NCBI GenBank assembly: GCA_964016885.1
Contig: OZ024740.1
Span: 3,968,001-4,032,000 of the forward strand
Direction of reading: 5' to 3'
Origin: Eledone cirrhosa
Lineage: Eukaryota
Length of the DNA: 64,000 bases
Under the pieces are notes generated by a model. That model ran no database searches, was not told where the DNA came from, and saw only the letters and a list, made by a program, of their open reading frames with translations. This document shows, piece by piece, positions 34,701 through 49,700 of the stretch. Made by a program: the position numbers and the translations under genes. How positions within the stretch are numbered: the stretch's first letter is position 1; each line of letters starts with the position of its first letter.

Positions 34701-37700
34701 TATCCAGCAAGAGAAAGGAAGATATATACTGGGTGAGAGAGAGGAATTTATCCAGCAAGAGAAAGGAAGTTATATACTGGGTGAGAGAAAGGAAGTTATA
34801 TACTGGGTGAGAGAAAAGAAGTTATCCAGCAAGAGAAAGGAAGTTATCCACTGGGTGAGAGAAAGGAAGTTATCTACTGGGTGAGAGAAAGGAAGTTATC
34901 CACTGGGTGAGAGAAAGGAAGTTATCCACTGGGTGAGAGAAAGGAAGTTATCCACTGGGTGAGAGAAAGGAAGTTATCCATCAAGAGAAAGGAAGTTATC
35001 CACTGAGTGACTGAAAGTAAGTTATCCACTGGGTGAGAGAAAGGAAGTTATCCACTGGGTGAGAGAAAGGAAGTTATCCAGCAAGAGAAAGGAAGATATC
35101 TACTGGGTGAGAGAGAGGAAGTTATCCAGCAAGAGAAAGGAAGTTATCTACTGGGTGAGAGAGAGGAAGTTATCCACTGGGTGAGAGAAAGGAAGTTATC
35201 CAGCAAGAGAAAGGAAGTTATCTACTGGGTGAGAGAAAGGAATTTATCCAGCAAGAGAAAGGAAGTTAACCACTGGGTGAGAGAAAGGAAGTTATCCACT
35301 GGGTGAGAGAAAGGAAATTATCCAGCAAGAGAAAGGAAGTTATCTACTGGGTGAGAGAGAGGAAGTTATTCACTGGGTGAGAGAAAGGAAGTTATGCAGC
35401 AAGAGAAAGGAAGGTATCTACTGGGTGAGAGAAAGGAATTTATCCAGCAAGAGAAAGGAAGTTATATACTGGGTGAGAGAAAGGAAGTTATCTACTGGGT
35501 GAGAGAAAGGAAGTTATCCAGCAAGAGAAAGGAAGTTATCCACTGGGTGAGAGAAAGGAAGTTATCCACTGGTTGAGAGAAAGGAAGTTATCCAGCAAGA
35601 GAAAGGAAGTTAACCACTGGGTGAGAGAAAGGAAGTTAACCACTGGGTGAGAGAGAGGATGTTATCCAGCAGGAGAAAGGAAGTTATCCACTGGGTGAGA
35701 GAAAGGAAGTTATCTACTTGGTGAGAGAAAGGAAGTTATCCACTGGGTGAGAGAAAGGAGGTTATCTACTGGGTGAGATAAAGGAAGTTATCTACTGGGT
35801 GAGAGAAAGGAAGTTATCCACTGGGTGAGAGAAAGGAAGTTATCTACTTGGTGAGAGAAAGGAAGTTATCCACTGGGTGAGAGAAAGGAGGTTATCTACT
35901 GGGTGAGATAAAGGAAGTTATCTACTGGGTGAGAGAAAGGATGTTATCCACTGGGTTAGAGAATGGAAGTTATCCACTGGGTGAGAGAAAGGAAGTTATC
36001 CACTGGGTGAGAGAAAGGAGGTTATCTACTGGGTGAGAGAAAAGAAGTTATCCACTGGGTGAGAGAAAGGAAGTTATCCAGCAAGAGAAAGGAAGTTATC
36101 CAATGGGTGAGAGAAAGGAAGTTAACCACTGGGTGAGAGAAACGAAGTTATCCACTGGGTGAGAGAAAGGAGGTTATCTACTCGGTGAGAAAAAGGAAGT
36201 TATCCACTGGGTGAGAGAAAGGAAGTTATCCACTGGGTGAGAGAAAGGAAGTTATCCACTGGGTGAGAGAAAGGAGGTTATCTACTGGGTGAGAGAAAGG
36301 AAGTGTTCCACTGGGTGAGAGAAAGGAAGTTATCCAGCAAGAGAAAGGAAGTTATCCACTGGGTGAGAGAAAGGAAGTTATCTACTGGGTGAGAGAAAGG
36401 AAGTTATCCACTGGGTGAGAGAAAGGAGGTTATCTACTGGGTGAGAGAAAGGAAGTTATCCTCTGGGTGAGAGAAAGGAAGTTATCCACTGGGTGAGAGA
36501 AAGGAAGTTATCTACTGGGTGAGAGAAAGGAAGTTATCCACTGGGTGAGAGAAAGGAAGTTATCTACTTGGTGAGAGAAAGGAAGTTATCCACTGGGTGA
36601 GAGAAAGGAGGTTATCTACTGGGTGAGAGAAAGGAAGTCATCCACTGGGTGAGAGAATGGAAGTTATCCACTGGGTAAGAGAAAGGAAGTTATCCAGCAA
36701 GAGAAACGAAGTTATCCACTGGGTGAGAGAAAGGAAGTTATCCACTGGGTGAGAGAAAGGAAGTTAACCACTGGGTGAGAGAAAGGAAGTTATCCACTGG
36801 GTGAGAGAAAGGATGTTATCCAGCAAGAGAAAGGAAGCTAACCACTGGGTGAGAGAAAGGAAGTGAACCACTGGGTGAGAGAGAGGAAGTTATCCAGCAG
36901 GAGAAAGGAAGTTATCCACTGGGTGAGAGAAAGGAAGTTATCTACTTGGTGAGAGAAAGGAAGTTATCCACTGGGTGAGAGAAAGGAAGTTATCTACTGG
37001 GTGAGAGAATGGAAGTTATCCACTGGGTGAGAGAAAGGAATTTATCCACTGGGTGAGAGAATGGAAGTTATCCACTGGGTGAGAGAAAGGAAGTTATCCA
37101 CTGGGTGATAGAAAGGAGGTTATCTACTGGGTGAGAGGAAGGAAGTTATCCACTGGGTGAGAGAAAGGAAGTTATCCACTGGGTGATAGAAAGGAGGTTA
37201 TCTACTGGGTGAGAGAAAGCAACTTATCCACTGGGTGAGAGGAAGGAAGTTAACAACTGGGTGAGAGAAAGGAAGTTATCCACTGGGTGAGAGAAAGGAG
37301 GTTATCTACTGGGTGAGAGAAAGGAAGTGTTCCACTGGGTGAGAGAAAGGAAGTTATCCAGCAAGAGAAAGGAAGTTATCCACTGGGTGAGAGAAAGGAG
37401 GTTATCTACTCGGTGAGAAAAAGGAAGTTATCCACTGGGTGAGAGAAAGGAAGTTATCCACTGGGTGAGAGAAAGGAAGTTATCCACTGGGTGAGAGAAA
37501 GGAGGTTATCTACTGGGTGAGAGAAAGTAAGTGTTCCACTGGGTGAGAGAAAGGAAGTTATCCAGCAAGAGAAAGGAAGTTATCCACTGGGTGATAGAAA
37601 GGAGGTTATCTACTGGGTGAGAGAAAGCAACTTATCCACTGGGTGAGAGGAAGGAAGTTAACAACTGGGTGAGAGAAAGGAAGTTATCCACTGGGTGAGA

Positions 37701-40700
37701 GAAAGGAAGTTATCCAGCAAGAGAAAGGAAGTTATCCACTGGGTGAGAGAAAGGAAGTTATCTACTGGGTGAGAGAAAGGAAGTTATCCACTGGGTGAGA
37801 GAAAGGAGGTTATCTACTGGGTGAGAGAAAGGAAGTTACCCACTGGGTGAGAGAAAGGAAGTTATCTACTGGGTGAGAGAAAGGAAGTTATCCACTGGGT
37901 GAGAGAAAGGAAGTTATCCACTGGGTGAGAGAAAAGAAGTTATCCACTGGGTGAGAGAAAGGAGGTTATCTACTGGGTGAGAGAAAGGAAGTGTTCCACT
38001 GGGTGAGAGAAAGGAAGTTATCCAGCAAGAGAAAGGAAGTTATCCACTGGGTGAGAGAAAGGAAGTTATCTACTGGGTGAGAGAAAGGAAGTTATCCACT
38101 GGGTGAGAGAAAGGAGGTTATCTACTGGGTGAGAGAAAGGAGGTTATCTACTGGGTAAGATAAAGGAAGTTATCTACTGGGTGAGAGAAAGGAAGTTATC
38201 CACTGGGTGAGAGAATGGACGTTATCCACTGGGTGAGAGAAAGGAAGTTATCCACTGGGTGAGAGAAAGGAAGTTATCCACTGGATGAGAGAAAGGAAGT
38301 TAACCACTGGGCGAGAGAAAGGAAGTTATCCACTGGGTGAGAGAAAGGAAGTTATCCAGCAAGAGAAAGGAAGTTAACCACGGGTTGAGAGAAAGGAAGT
38401 TAACCACTGGGTGAGAGAGAGGAAGTTATCCAGCAGGAGAAAGGAAGTTATCCACTGGGTGAGAGAAAGGAAGTTATCCACTGGGTGAGAGAGAGGAAGT
38501 TATCCAGCAGGAGAAAGGAAGTTATCCACTGGGTGAGAGAAAGGAAGTTATTCACTGGGTGAGAGAAAGGAAGTTATCCACTGGGTGAGAGAGAGGAAGT
38601 TATCCACTGGGTGAGAGAAAGGAATTTATCCAGCAAGAGAAAGGAAGTTATCCACTGGGTGAGAGAAAGGAAGTTATCCACTGGGTGAGAGAGAGGAAGT
38701 TATCCAGCAGGAGAAAGGAAGTTATCCACTGGGTGAGAGAAAGGAAGTTATTCACTGGGTGAGAGAAAGGAAGTTATCCACTGGGTGAGAGAGAGGAAGT
38801 TATCCAATGGGTGAGAGAAAGGAAGTTATCCAGCAAGAGAAAGGAAGTTATCCACTGGGTGAGAGAATGGAAGTTATCCACTGGGTGAGAGAGAGGAAGT
38901 TATCCACTGGGTGAGAGAAAGGAAGTTATCCACTGGGTGAGAGAGAGGATGTTATCCACTGGGTGAGAGAAAGGAAGTTATCCAGCAGGAGAAAGGAAGT
39001 TATCCACTGGGTGAGAGAAAGGAAGTTATCCACTGGGTGACTGAAAGGAAGTTATCCACTGGGTGAGAGAAAGGAAGTTATCCACTGGGTGAGAGAAAGG
39101 AAGTTATCCAGCAAGAGAAAGGAAGATATCTACTGGGTGAGAGAGAGGAAGTTATCCAGCAAGAGAAAGAAAGTTATCTACTGGGTGAGAGAGAGGAAGT
39201 TATCCACTGGGTGAGAGAAAGGAAGTTATCCAGCAAGAGAAAGGAAGTTATCTACTGGGTGAGAGAAAGGAATTTATCCAGCAAGAGAAAGGAAGTTAAC
39301 CACTGGGTGAGAGAAAGGAAGTTATCCACTGGGTGAGAGAAAGGAAATTATCCAGCAAGAGAAAGGAAGTTATCTACTGGGTGAGAGAGAGGAAGTTATC
39401 CACTGGGTGAGAGAAAGGAAGTTATCCAGCAAGAGAAAGGAAGTTGTCTACTGGGTGAGAGAAAGGAAGTTATCCAGCTAGAGAAAGGAAGTTATCTACT
39501 GGGTGAGAGAGAGGAAGTTATCCACTGGGTGAGAGAAAGGAAGTTATCCAGCAAGAGAAAGGAAGTTATCTACTGGGTGAGAGAAAGGAAGTTATCCAGC
39601 TAGAGAAAGGAAGTTAACCACTGGGTGAGAGAAAGGAAGTTACCCACTGCGTGAGAGAAAGGAAGTTATCCAGCAAGAGACAGGAAGATATATACTGGGT
39701 GAGAGAGAGGAATTTATCCAGCAAGAGAAAGGAAGTTATATACTGGGTGAGAGAAAGGAAGTTATATACTGTGTGAGAGAAAAGAAGTTATCCAGCAAGA
39801 GAAAGGAAGGTATCCACTGGGTGAGAGAAAGGAAGTTATCTACTGGGTGAGAGAAAGGAAGTTATCCACTGGGTGAGAGAAAGGAAGTTATCCACTGGGT
39901 GAGAGAAAGGAAGTTATCCACTGGGTGAGAGAAAGGAAGTTATCCATCAAGAGAAAGGAAGTTATCCACTGAGTGACTGAAAGTAAGTTATCCACTGGGT
40001 GAGAGAAAGGAAGTTATCCACTGGGTGAGAGAAAGGAAGTTATCCAGCAAGAGAAAGGAAGATATCTACTGGGTGAGAGAGAGGAAGTTATCCAGCAAGA
40101 GAAAGGAAGTTATCTACTGGGTGAGAGAGAGGAAGTTATCCACTGGGTGAGAGAAAGGAAGTTATCCAGCAAGAGAAAGGAAATTATCTACTGGGTGAGA
40201 GAAAGGAATTTATCCAGCAAGAGAAAGGAAGTTAACCACTGGGTGAGAGAAAGGAAGTTATCCACTGGGTGAGAGAAAGGAAATTATCCAGCAAGAGAAA
40301 GGAAGTTATCTACTGGGTGAGAGAGAGGAAGTTATCCACTGGGTGAGAGAAAGGAAGTTATGCAGCAAGAGAAAGGAAGATATCTACTGGGTGAGAGAAA
40401 GGAATTTATCCAGCAAGAGAAAGGAAGTTATATACTGGGTGAGAGAAAGGAAGTTATCTACTGGGTGAGAGAAAGGAAGTTATCCAGCAAGAGAAAGGAA
40501 GTTATCCACTGGGTGAGAGAAAGGAAGTTATCCACTGGTTGAGAGAAAGGAAGTTATCCAGCAAGAGAAAGGAAGTTAACCACTGGGTGAGAGAAAGGAA
40601 GTTAACCACTGGGTGAGAGAGAGGAAGTTATCCAGCAGGAGAAAGGAAGTTATCCACTGGGTGAGAGAAAGGAAGTTATCTACTTGGTGAGAGAAAGGAA

Positions 40701-43700
40701 GTTATCCACTGGGTGAGAGAAAGGAGGTTATCTACTGGGTGAGATAAAGGAAGTTATCTACTGGGTGAGAGAAAGGAAGTTATCCACTGGGTGAGAGAAA
40801 GGAAGTTATCTACTTGGTGAGAGAAAGGAAGTTATCCACTGGGTGAGAGAAAGGAGGTTATCTACTGGGTGAGATAAAGGAAGTTATCTACTGGGTGAGA
40901 GAAAGGAAGTTATCCACTGGGTGAGAGAATGGAAGTTATCCACTGGGTGAGAGAAAGGAAGTTATCCACTGGGTGAGAGAAAGGAGGTTATCTACTGGGT
41001 GAGAGAAAAGAAGTTATCCACTGGGTGAGAGAAAGGAAGTTATCCAGCAAGAGAAAGGAAGTTATCCAATGGGTGAGAGAAAGGAAGTTAACCACTGGGT
41101 GAGAGAAACGAAGTTATCCACTGGGTGAGAGAAAGGAGGTTATCTACTCGGTGAGAAAAAGGAAGTTATCCACTGGGTGAGAGAAAGGAAGTTATCCACT
41201 GGGTGAGAGAAAGGAAGTTATCCACTGGGTGAGAGAAAGGAGGTTATCTACTGGGTGAGAGAAAGGAAGTGTTCCACTGGGTGAGAGAAAGGAAGTTATC
41301 CAGCAAGAGAAAGGAAGTTATCCACTGGGTGAGAGAAAGGAAGTTATCTACTGGGTGAGAGAAAGGAAGTTATCCACTGGGTGAGAGAAAGGAGGTTATC
41401 TACTGGGTGAGAGAAAGGAAGTTATCCTCTGGGTGAGAGAAAGGAAGTTATCCACTGGGTGAGAGAAAGGAAGTTATCTACTGGGTGAGAGAAAGGAAGT
41501 TATCCACTGGGTGAGAGAAAGGAAGTTATCTACTTGGTGAGAGAAAGGAAGTTATCCACTGGGTGAGAGAAAGGAGGTTATCTACTGGGTGAGATAAAGG
41601 AAGTTATCTACTGGGTGAGAGAAAGGAAGTTATCCACTGGGTGAGAGAAAGGAAGTTATCCACTGGGTGAGAGAAAGGATGTTATCCAGCAAGAGAAAGG
41701 AAGCTAACCACTGGGTGAGAGAAAGGAGGTTATCTACTGGGTGAGAGAAAAGAAGTTATCAACTGGGTGACAGAAAGGAAGTTATCCACTGGGTGAGAGA
41801 AAGGAAGTTATCCACTGGGTGATAGAAAGGAGGTTATCTACTGGGTGAGAGAAAGCAACTTATCCACTGGGTGAGAGGAAGGAAGTTAACAACTGGGTGA
41901 GAGAAAGGAAGTTATCCACTGGGTGAGAGAAAGGAGGTTATCTACTGGGTGAGAGAAAAGAAATTATCCACTGGGTGAGAGAAAGGAAGTTATCCAGCAA
42001 GAGAAAGGAAGTTATCCACTGGGTGAGAGAAAGGAAGTTATCTACTGGGTGAGAGAAAGGAAGTTATCCACTGGGTGAGAGAAAGGAAGTTATCCACTGG
42101 GTGAGAGAAAGGAAGTTATCTACTGGGTGAGAGAAAGGAAGTTATCTACTGGGTGAGAGAAAGGAGGTTATCCACTGGGTGAGAGAAAGGAAGTTATCCA
42201 CTGGGTGAGAGAAAGGAAGTTATCCACTGGGTGAGAGAAAGGAAGTTATCCACTGGGTGAGAGAAAGGAGGTTATCTACTGGGTGAGAGAAAGGAAGTGT
42301 TCCACTGGGTGAGAGAAAGGAAGTTATCCAGCAAGAGAAAGGAAGTTATCCACTGGGTGAGAGAAAGGAAGTTATCTACTGGGTGAGAGAAAGGAAGTTA
42401 TCCACTGGGTGAGAGAAAGGAGGTTATCTACTGGGTGAGAGAAAGGAGGTTATCTACTGGGTAAGATAAAGGAAGTTATCTACTGGGTGAGAGAAAGGAA
42501 GTTATCCACTGGGTGAGAGAATGGACGTTATCCACTGGGTGAGAGAAAGGAAGTTATCCAGCAAGAGAAAGGAAGTTATCCACTGGGTGAGAGAAAGGAA
42601 GTTATCCACTGGATGAGAGAAAGGAAGTTAACCACTGGGCGAGAGAAAGGAAGTTATCCACTGGGTGAGAGAAAGGAAGTTATCCAGCAAGAGAAAGGAA
42701 GTTAACCACGGGTTGAGAGAAAGGAAGTTAACCACTGGGTGAGAGAGAGGAAGTTATCCAGCAGGAGAAAGGAAGTTATCCACTGGGTGAGAGAGAGGAA
42801 GTTATCAAGCAGGAGAAAGGAAGTTATCCACTGGGTGAGAGAAAGGAAGTTATCCACTGGGTGAGAGAGAGGAAGTTATCCAGCAGGAGAAAGGAAGTTA
42901 TCCACTGGGTGAGAGAAAGGAAGTTATTCACTGGGTGAGAGAAAGGAAGTTATCCACTGGGTGAGAGAGAGGAAGTTATCCACTGGGTGAGAGAAAGGAA
43001 TTTATCCAGCAAGAGAAAGGAAGTTATCCACTGGGTGAGAGAAAGGAAGTTATCCACTGGGTGAGAGAGAGGAAGTTATCCAGCAGGAGAAAGGAAGTTA
43101 TCCACTGGGTGAGAGAAAGGAAGTTATTCACTGGGTGAGAGAAAGGAAGTTATCCACTGGGTGAGAGAGAGGAAGTTATCCAATGGGTGAGAGAAAGGAA
43201 GTTATCCAGCAAGAGAAAGGAAGTTATCCACTGGCTGAGAGAATGGAAGTTATCCACTGGGTGAGAGAGAGGATGTTATCCACTGGGTGAGAGAGAGGAT
43301 GTTATCCACTGGGTGAGAGAAAGGAAGTTATCCAGCAGGAGAAAGGAAGTTATCCACTGGGTGAGAGAAAGGAAGTTATCCAGCAAGAGAAAGGAAGTTA
43401 ACCACTGGGTGAGAGAAAGGAAGTTAACCACTGGGTGTGAGAAAGGAAGTTATCCAGCAGGAGAAAGGAAGTTAACCACTGGGTGAGAGAAAGGAAGTTA
43501 TCCAGCAGGAGAAAGGAAGTTAACCACTGGGTGAGAGAAAGGAAGTTAACCACTGGGTATGAGAAAGGAAGTTATCCACTGGGTGAGAGAATGGAAGTTA
43601 TTTACTGGGTGAGAGAAAGGAAGTTATCCACTGGGTGAGAGAAAGGAGGTTATCTACTGGGTGAGAGAAAGGAAGTTATCCACTGGGTGAGGGAAAGGAA

Positions 43701-46700
43701 GTTATCCACTGGGTGAGAGAAAGGAAGTTATCTACTGGGTGAGAGAAAGGAAGTTATCCACTGGGTGAGAGAAAGGAAGTTATCTACATGGTGAGAGAAA
43801 GGAAGTTATCCACTGGGTGAGAGAAAGGAAGTTATCCAGCAAGAGAAAGGAAGTTAACCACTGGGTGAGAGAAAGGAAGTTAACCACTGGGTATGAGAAA
43901 GGAAGTTATCCACTGGGTGAGAGAATGGAAGTTATCCACTGGGTGAGAGAAAGGAAGTTATACACTGGGTGAGAGAAAGGAGGTTATCTACTGGGTGAGA
44001 GAAAGGAAGTTATCCACTGGGTGAGAGAAAGGAAGTTATCCACTGGGTGAGAGAAAGGAAGTTATCTACTGGGTGAGAGAAAGGAAGTTATCCACTGGGT
44101 GAGAGAAAGGAAGTTATCCACTGGGTGAGAGAAAGGAAGTTAACCACTGGGTATGAGAAAGGAAGTTATCCACTGGGTGAGAGAAAGGAAGTTATCCACT
44201 GGGTGAGAGAAAGGAAGTTATCCACTGGGTGAGAGAAAGGAAGTTATCCACTGGGTGAGAGAAAGGAAGTTATCCACTGGGTGAGAGAAAGGAAGTTATC
44301 TACATGGTGAGAGAGAGGAAGTTATCCACTGGGTGACATAAAAGAGGTTATCCACTGGGTGAGAGAAAGGAAGTTATCCACTGGGTGAGAGAAAGGAAGT
44401 TATCCACTGGGTGAGAGAAAGGAAGTTAACCACTGGGTATGAGAAAGGAAGTTATCCACTGGGTGAGAGAAAGGAAGTTATCTACATGGTGAGAGAGAGG
44501 AAGTTATCCACTGGGTGACATAAAGGAGGTTATCTACTGGGTGAGAGAAAGGAAGTTATCCACTGGGTGAGAGAAAGGAAGTTATCCACTGGGTGCGAGA
44601 AAGAAAGTTATCTACTGGGTGAGAGAAAGGAAGTTATCCACTGGGTGAGAGAAAGGAAGTTAACCACTGGGTGAGAGAAAGGAAGTTAACCACTGGGTAT
44701 GAGAAAGGAAGTTATCCACTGGGTGAGAGAATGGAAGTTATCCACTGGGTGAGAGAATGGAAGTTATCCACTGGGTGAGAGAGAGGAATTTATCCACTGG
44801 GTGAGAGAAAGGAAGTTATCCACTGGGTGAGAGAAAGGAAGTTATCTACAGGGTGAGAGAAAGGAGGTTATTTACTGGGTGAGAGAAAGGAAGTTATCCA
44901 CTGGGTGAGAGAAAGGAAGTTATCCACTGGGTGAGAGAAAGGAAGTTATCCACTGGGTGAGAGAAAGGAAGTTATCCACTGGGTGAGAGAAAGGAAGTTA
45001 TCTACAGGGTGAGAGAAAGGAGGTTATTTACTGGGTGAGAGAAAGGAAGTTATCCACTGGGTGAGAGAAAGGAAGTTATCCACTGGGTGAGAGAAAGGAA
45101 GTTATCCACTGGGTGACAGAAAGGAAGTTATCCACTGGGTGAGAGAAAGGAAGTTATCTACTGGGTGAGAGAAAGGATGTTATCTACTGGGTGAGAGAAA
45201 GGAAGTTATCCACTGGGTGCGAGAAAGAAAGTTATCTACTGGGCTAGAGAAAGGAAGTTATCTACTGGGTGAGAGAAAGGAAGTTATCTACTGGGTGAGA
45301 GAAAGGAAGTTATCTACTGGGTGAGAGAAAGGAAGTTATCCACTGGGTGAGAGAAAGGAAGTTATCCACTGGGTGAGAGAAAGGTGGTTATCTACTTGGT
45401 GAGAGAAAGGAAGTTATCCACTGGGTGAGAGAAAGGAAGTTAACCACTAGGTGAGAGAAAGGAAGTTATCTACTGGGTGAGAGAAATGAAGTTATCCACT
45501 GGGTGAGAGAAAGGAGGTTATCTACTGGGTGAGAGAAAAGAAGTTATCCACTGGGTGAGAGAAAGGAAGTTATCCAGCAAGAGAAAGGAAGTTATCCAAT
45601 GGGTGAGAGAAAGGAAGTTAACCACTGGGTGAGAGAAACGAAGTTATCCACTGGGTAAGAGAAAGGAGGTTATCTACTCGGTGAGAAAAAGGAAGTTATC
45701 CACTGGGTGAGAGAAAGGAAGTTATCCACTGGGTGAGAGAAAGGAAGTTATCCACTGGGTGAGAGAAAGGAGGTTATCTACTGGGTGAGAGAAAGGAAGT
45801 GTTCCACTGGGTGAGAGAAAGGAAGTTATCCAGCAAGAGAAAGGAAGTTATCCACTGGGGGAGAGAAAGGAAGTTATCTACTGGGTGAGAGAAAGGAAGT
45901 TATCCACTGGGTGAGAGAAAGCAGGTTATCTACTGGGTGAGAGAAAGGAAGTTATCCACTGGGTGAGAGAAAGGAAGTTATCCACTGGGTGAGAGAAAGG
46001 AAGTTATCTACTGGGTGAGAGAAAGGAAGTTATCCACTGGGTGAGAGAAAGGAAGTTATCTACTTGGTGAGAGAAAGGAAGTTATCCACTGGGTGAGAGA
46101 AAGCAGGTTATCTACTGGGTGAGATAAAGGAAGTTATCTACTGGGTGAGAGAAAGGAAGTTATCCACTGGGTGAGAGAATGGAAGTTATCCACTGGGTGA
46201 GAGAAAGGAAGTTATCCACTGGGTGAGAGAAAGGAAGTTATCCACTGGGTGAGAGAAAGGAAGTTAACCACTGGGTGAGAGAAAGGAAGTTATCCACTGG
46301 GTGAGAGAAAGGAAGTTATCCAGCAAGAGAAAGGAAGCTAACCACTGGGTGAGAGAAAGGAAGTTAACCACTGGGTGAGAGAGAGGAAGTTATCCAGCAG
46401 GAAAAAGGAAGTTATCCACTGGGTGAGAGAAAAGAAGTTATCTACTTGGTGAGAGAAAGGAAGTTATCCACTGGGTGAGAGAAAGGAGGTTATCTACTTG
46501 GTGAGAGAAAGGAAGTTATCTACTGGGTGAGATAAAGGAAGTTATCTACTGGGTGAGAGAATGGAAGTTATCCACTGGGTGAGAGAAAGGAAGTTATCCA
46601 CTGGGTGAGAGAATGGAAGTTATCCACTGGGTGAGAGAAAGGAAGTTATCCAGCAAGAGAAAGGAAGTTATCCACTGGGTGAGAGAAAGGAATTTATCCA

Positions 46701-49700
46701 CTGGGTGAGAGAAAGGAGGTTATCTACTGGGTGAGAGAAAAGAAGTTATCCACTGGGTGACAGAAAGGAAGTTATCCACTGGGTGAGAGAAAGAAAGTTA
46801 TCCACTGGGTGAGAGAAAGGAGGTTATCTACTGGGTGAGAGAAAGGAAGTTATCCACTGGGTGAGAGAAAGGAAGTTAACCACTGGGTGACAGAAAGGAA
46901 GTTATCCACTGGGTGAGAGAAAGGAGGTTATCTACTGGGTGAGAGAAAAGAAGTTATCCACTGGGTGAGAGAAAGGAAGTTATCCAGCAAGAGAAAGGAA
47001 GTTATCCAATGGGTGAGAGAAAGGAAGTTAACCACTGGGTGAGAGAAACGAAGTTATCCACTGGGTGAGAGAAAGGAGGTTATCTACTCGGTGAGAAAAA
47101 GGAAGTTATCCACTGGGTGAGAGAAAGGAAGTTATCCACTGGGTAAGAGAAAGGAAGTTATCCACTGGGTGAGAGAAAGGAGGTTATCTACTGGGTGAGA
47201 GAAAGGAAGTGTTCCACTGGGTGAGAGAAAGGAAGTTATCTACTGGGTGAGAGAAAGGAAGTTATCCACTGGGTGAGAGAAAGGAAGTTATCTACTGGGT
47301 GAGAGAAAGGAAGTTATCCACTGGGTGAGAGAAAGGAGGTTATCTACTGGGTGAGAGAAAGGAAGTTATCCACTGGGTGAGAGAAAGGAAGTTATCTACT
47401 GGGTGAGAGAAAGGAAGTTATCCACTGGGTGAGAGAAAGGAAGTTATCTACTTGGTGAGAGAAAGGAAGTTATCCACTGGGTGAGAGAAAGGAGGTTATC
47501 TACTGGGTAAGATAAAGGAAGTTATCTACTGGGTGAGAGAAAGGAAGTTATCCACTGGGTGAGAGAATGGAAGTTATCCACTGGGTGAGAGAAAGGAAGT
47601 TATCCAGCAAGAGAAAGGAAGTTATCCACTGGGTGAGAGAAAGGAAGTTATCCACTGGGTGAGAGAAAGGAAGTTAACTACTGGGTGAGAGAAAGGAAGT
47701 CATCCACTGGGTGAGAGAAAGGAAGTTATCCAGCAAGAGAAAGGAAGTTAAACACTGAGTGAGAGAAAGGAAGTTAACCACTGGGTGAGAGAGAGGAAGT
47801 TATCCAGCAGGAGAAAGGAAGTTATCTAGCAGGAAAAAGGAACTTATCCACTGGGTGAGAGAAAGGAAGTTATCCACTGGGTGAGAGAGAGGAAGTTATC
47901 CAGCAGGAGGAAAGGAAGTTATCCACTGGGTGAGAGAAAGGAAGTTATTCACTGGGTGAGAGAAAGGAAGTTATCCACTGGGTGAGAGAGAGGAAGTTAT
48001 CCACTGGGTGAGAGAAAGGAAGTTATCCAGCAAGAGAAAGGAAGTTATCCACTGGGTGAGAGAATGGAAGTTATCCACTGGGTGGGAGAGAGGAAGTTAT
48101 CCACTGGGTGAGAGAAAGGAAGTTATCCACTGGGTGAGAGAGAGGAAGTTATCCACTGGGTGAGAGAAAGGAAGTTATCCAGCAGGAGAAAGGAAGTTAT
48201 CCACTGGGTGAGAGAAAGGAAGTTATCCAGCAAGAGAAAGGAAGTTAACCACTGGGTGAGAGAAAGGAAGTTAACCACTGGGTGTGAGAAAGGAAGTTAT
48301 CCAGCAGGAGAAAGGAAGTTAACCACTGGGTGAGAGAAAGGAAGTTATCCAGCAGGAGAAAGGAAGTTAACCACTGGGAGAGAGAAAGGAAGTTATCCAC
48401 TGGGTGAGAGAAAGGAAGTTATCTACTGGGTGAGAGAAAGGAAGTTATCCACTGGGTGAGAGAAAGGAAGTTATCCACTGGGTGAGAGAAAGGAAGTTAA
48501 CCACTGGGTGTGAGAAAGGAAGTTATCCACTGGGTGAGAGAAAGGAAGTTATCCACTGGGTGAGAGAAAGGAAGTTATCCACTGGGTGAGAGAAAGGAAG
48601 TTATCCACTGGGTGAGAGAAAGGAAGTTATCCACTGGGTGATAGAAAGGAAGTTATCTACTGGGTGAGAGAAAGGAAGTTATCCACTGGGTGAGAGAAAG
48701 GAGGTTATCTACTGGGTGAGATAAAGGAAGTTATCTACTGGGTGAGAGAAAGGAAGTTATCCACTGGGTGAGAGAATGGAAGTTATCCACTGGGTGAGAG
48801 AAAGGAAGTTATCCAGCAAGAGAAAGGAAGTTATCCACTGGGTGAGAGAAAGGAAGTTATCCACTGGGTGAGAGAAAGGAAGTTAACCACTGGGTGAGAG
48901 AAAGGAAGTTATCCACTGGGTGAGAGAAAGAAAGTTATCCAGCAAGAGAAAGGAAGTTAACCACTGGGTGAGAGAAAGGAAGTTAACCACTGGGTGAGAG
49001 AGAGGAAGTTATCCAGCAGGAGAAAGGAAGTTATCCACTGGGTGAGAGAAAGGAAGTTATCTACTTGGTGAGAGAAAGGAAGTTATCCACTGGGTGAGAG
49101 AAAGGAGGTTATCTACTGGGTGAGATAAAGGAAGTTATCTACTGGGTGAGAGAATGGAAGTTATCCACTGGGTGAGAGAAAGGAAGTTATCCACTGGGTG
49201 AGAGAATGGAAGTTATCCACTGGGTGAGAGAAAGGAAGATATCCAGCAAGAGAAAGGAAGTTATCCACTGGGTGAGAGAAAGGAAGTTATCCACTGGGTG
49301 AGAGAAAGGAGGTTATCTACTGGGTGAGAGAAAAGAAATTATCCACTGGGTGACAGAAAGGAAGTTATCCACTGGGTGAGAGAAAGGAAGTTATCCACTG
49401 GGTGAGAGAAAGGAGGTTATCTACTGGGTGAGAGAAAGGAAGTTATCCACTGGGTGAGAGAAAGGAAGTTAACCACTGGGTGAGAGAAAGGAAGTTATCC
49501 ACTGGGTGAGAGAAAGGAGGTTATCTACTGGGTGAGAGAAAAGAAGTTATCCACTGGGTGAGAGAAAGGAAGTTATCCAGCAAGAGAAAGGAAGTTATCC
49601 AATGGGTGAGAGAAAGGAAGTTAACCACTGGGTGAGAGAAACGAAGTTATCCACTGGGTGAGAGAAAGGAGGTTATCTACTCGGTGAGAAAAAGGAATTT

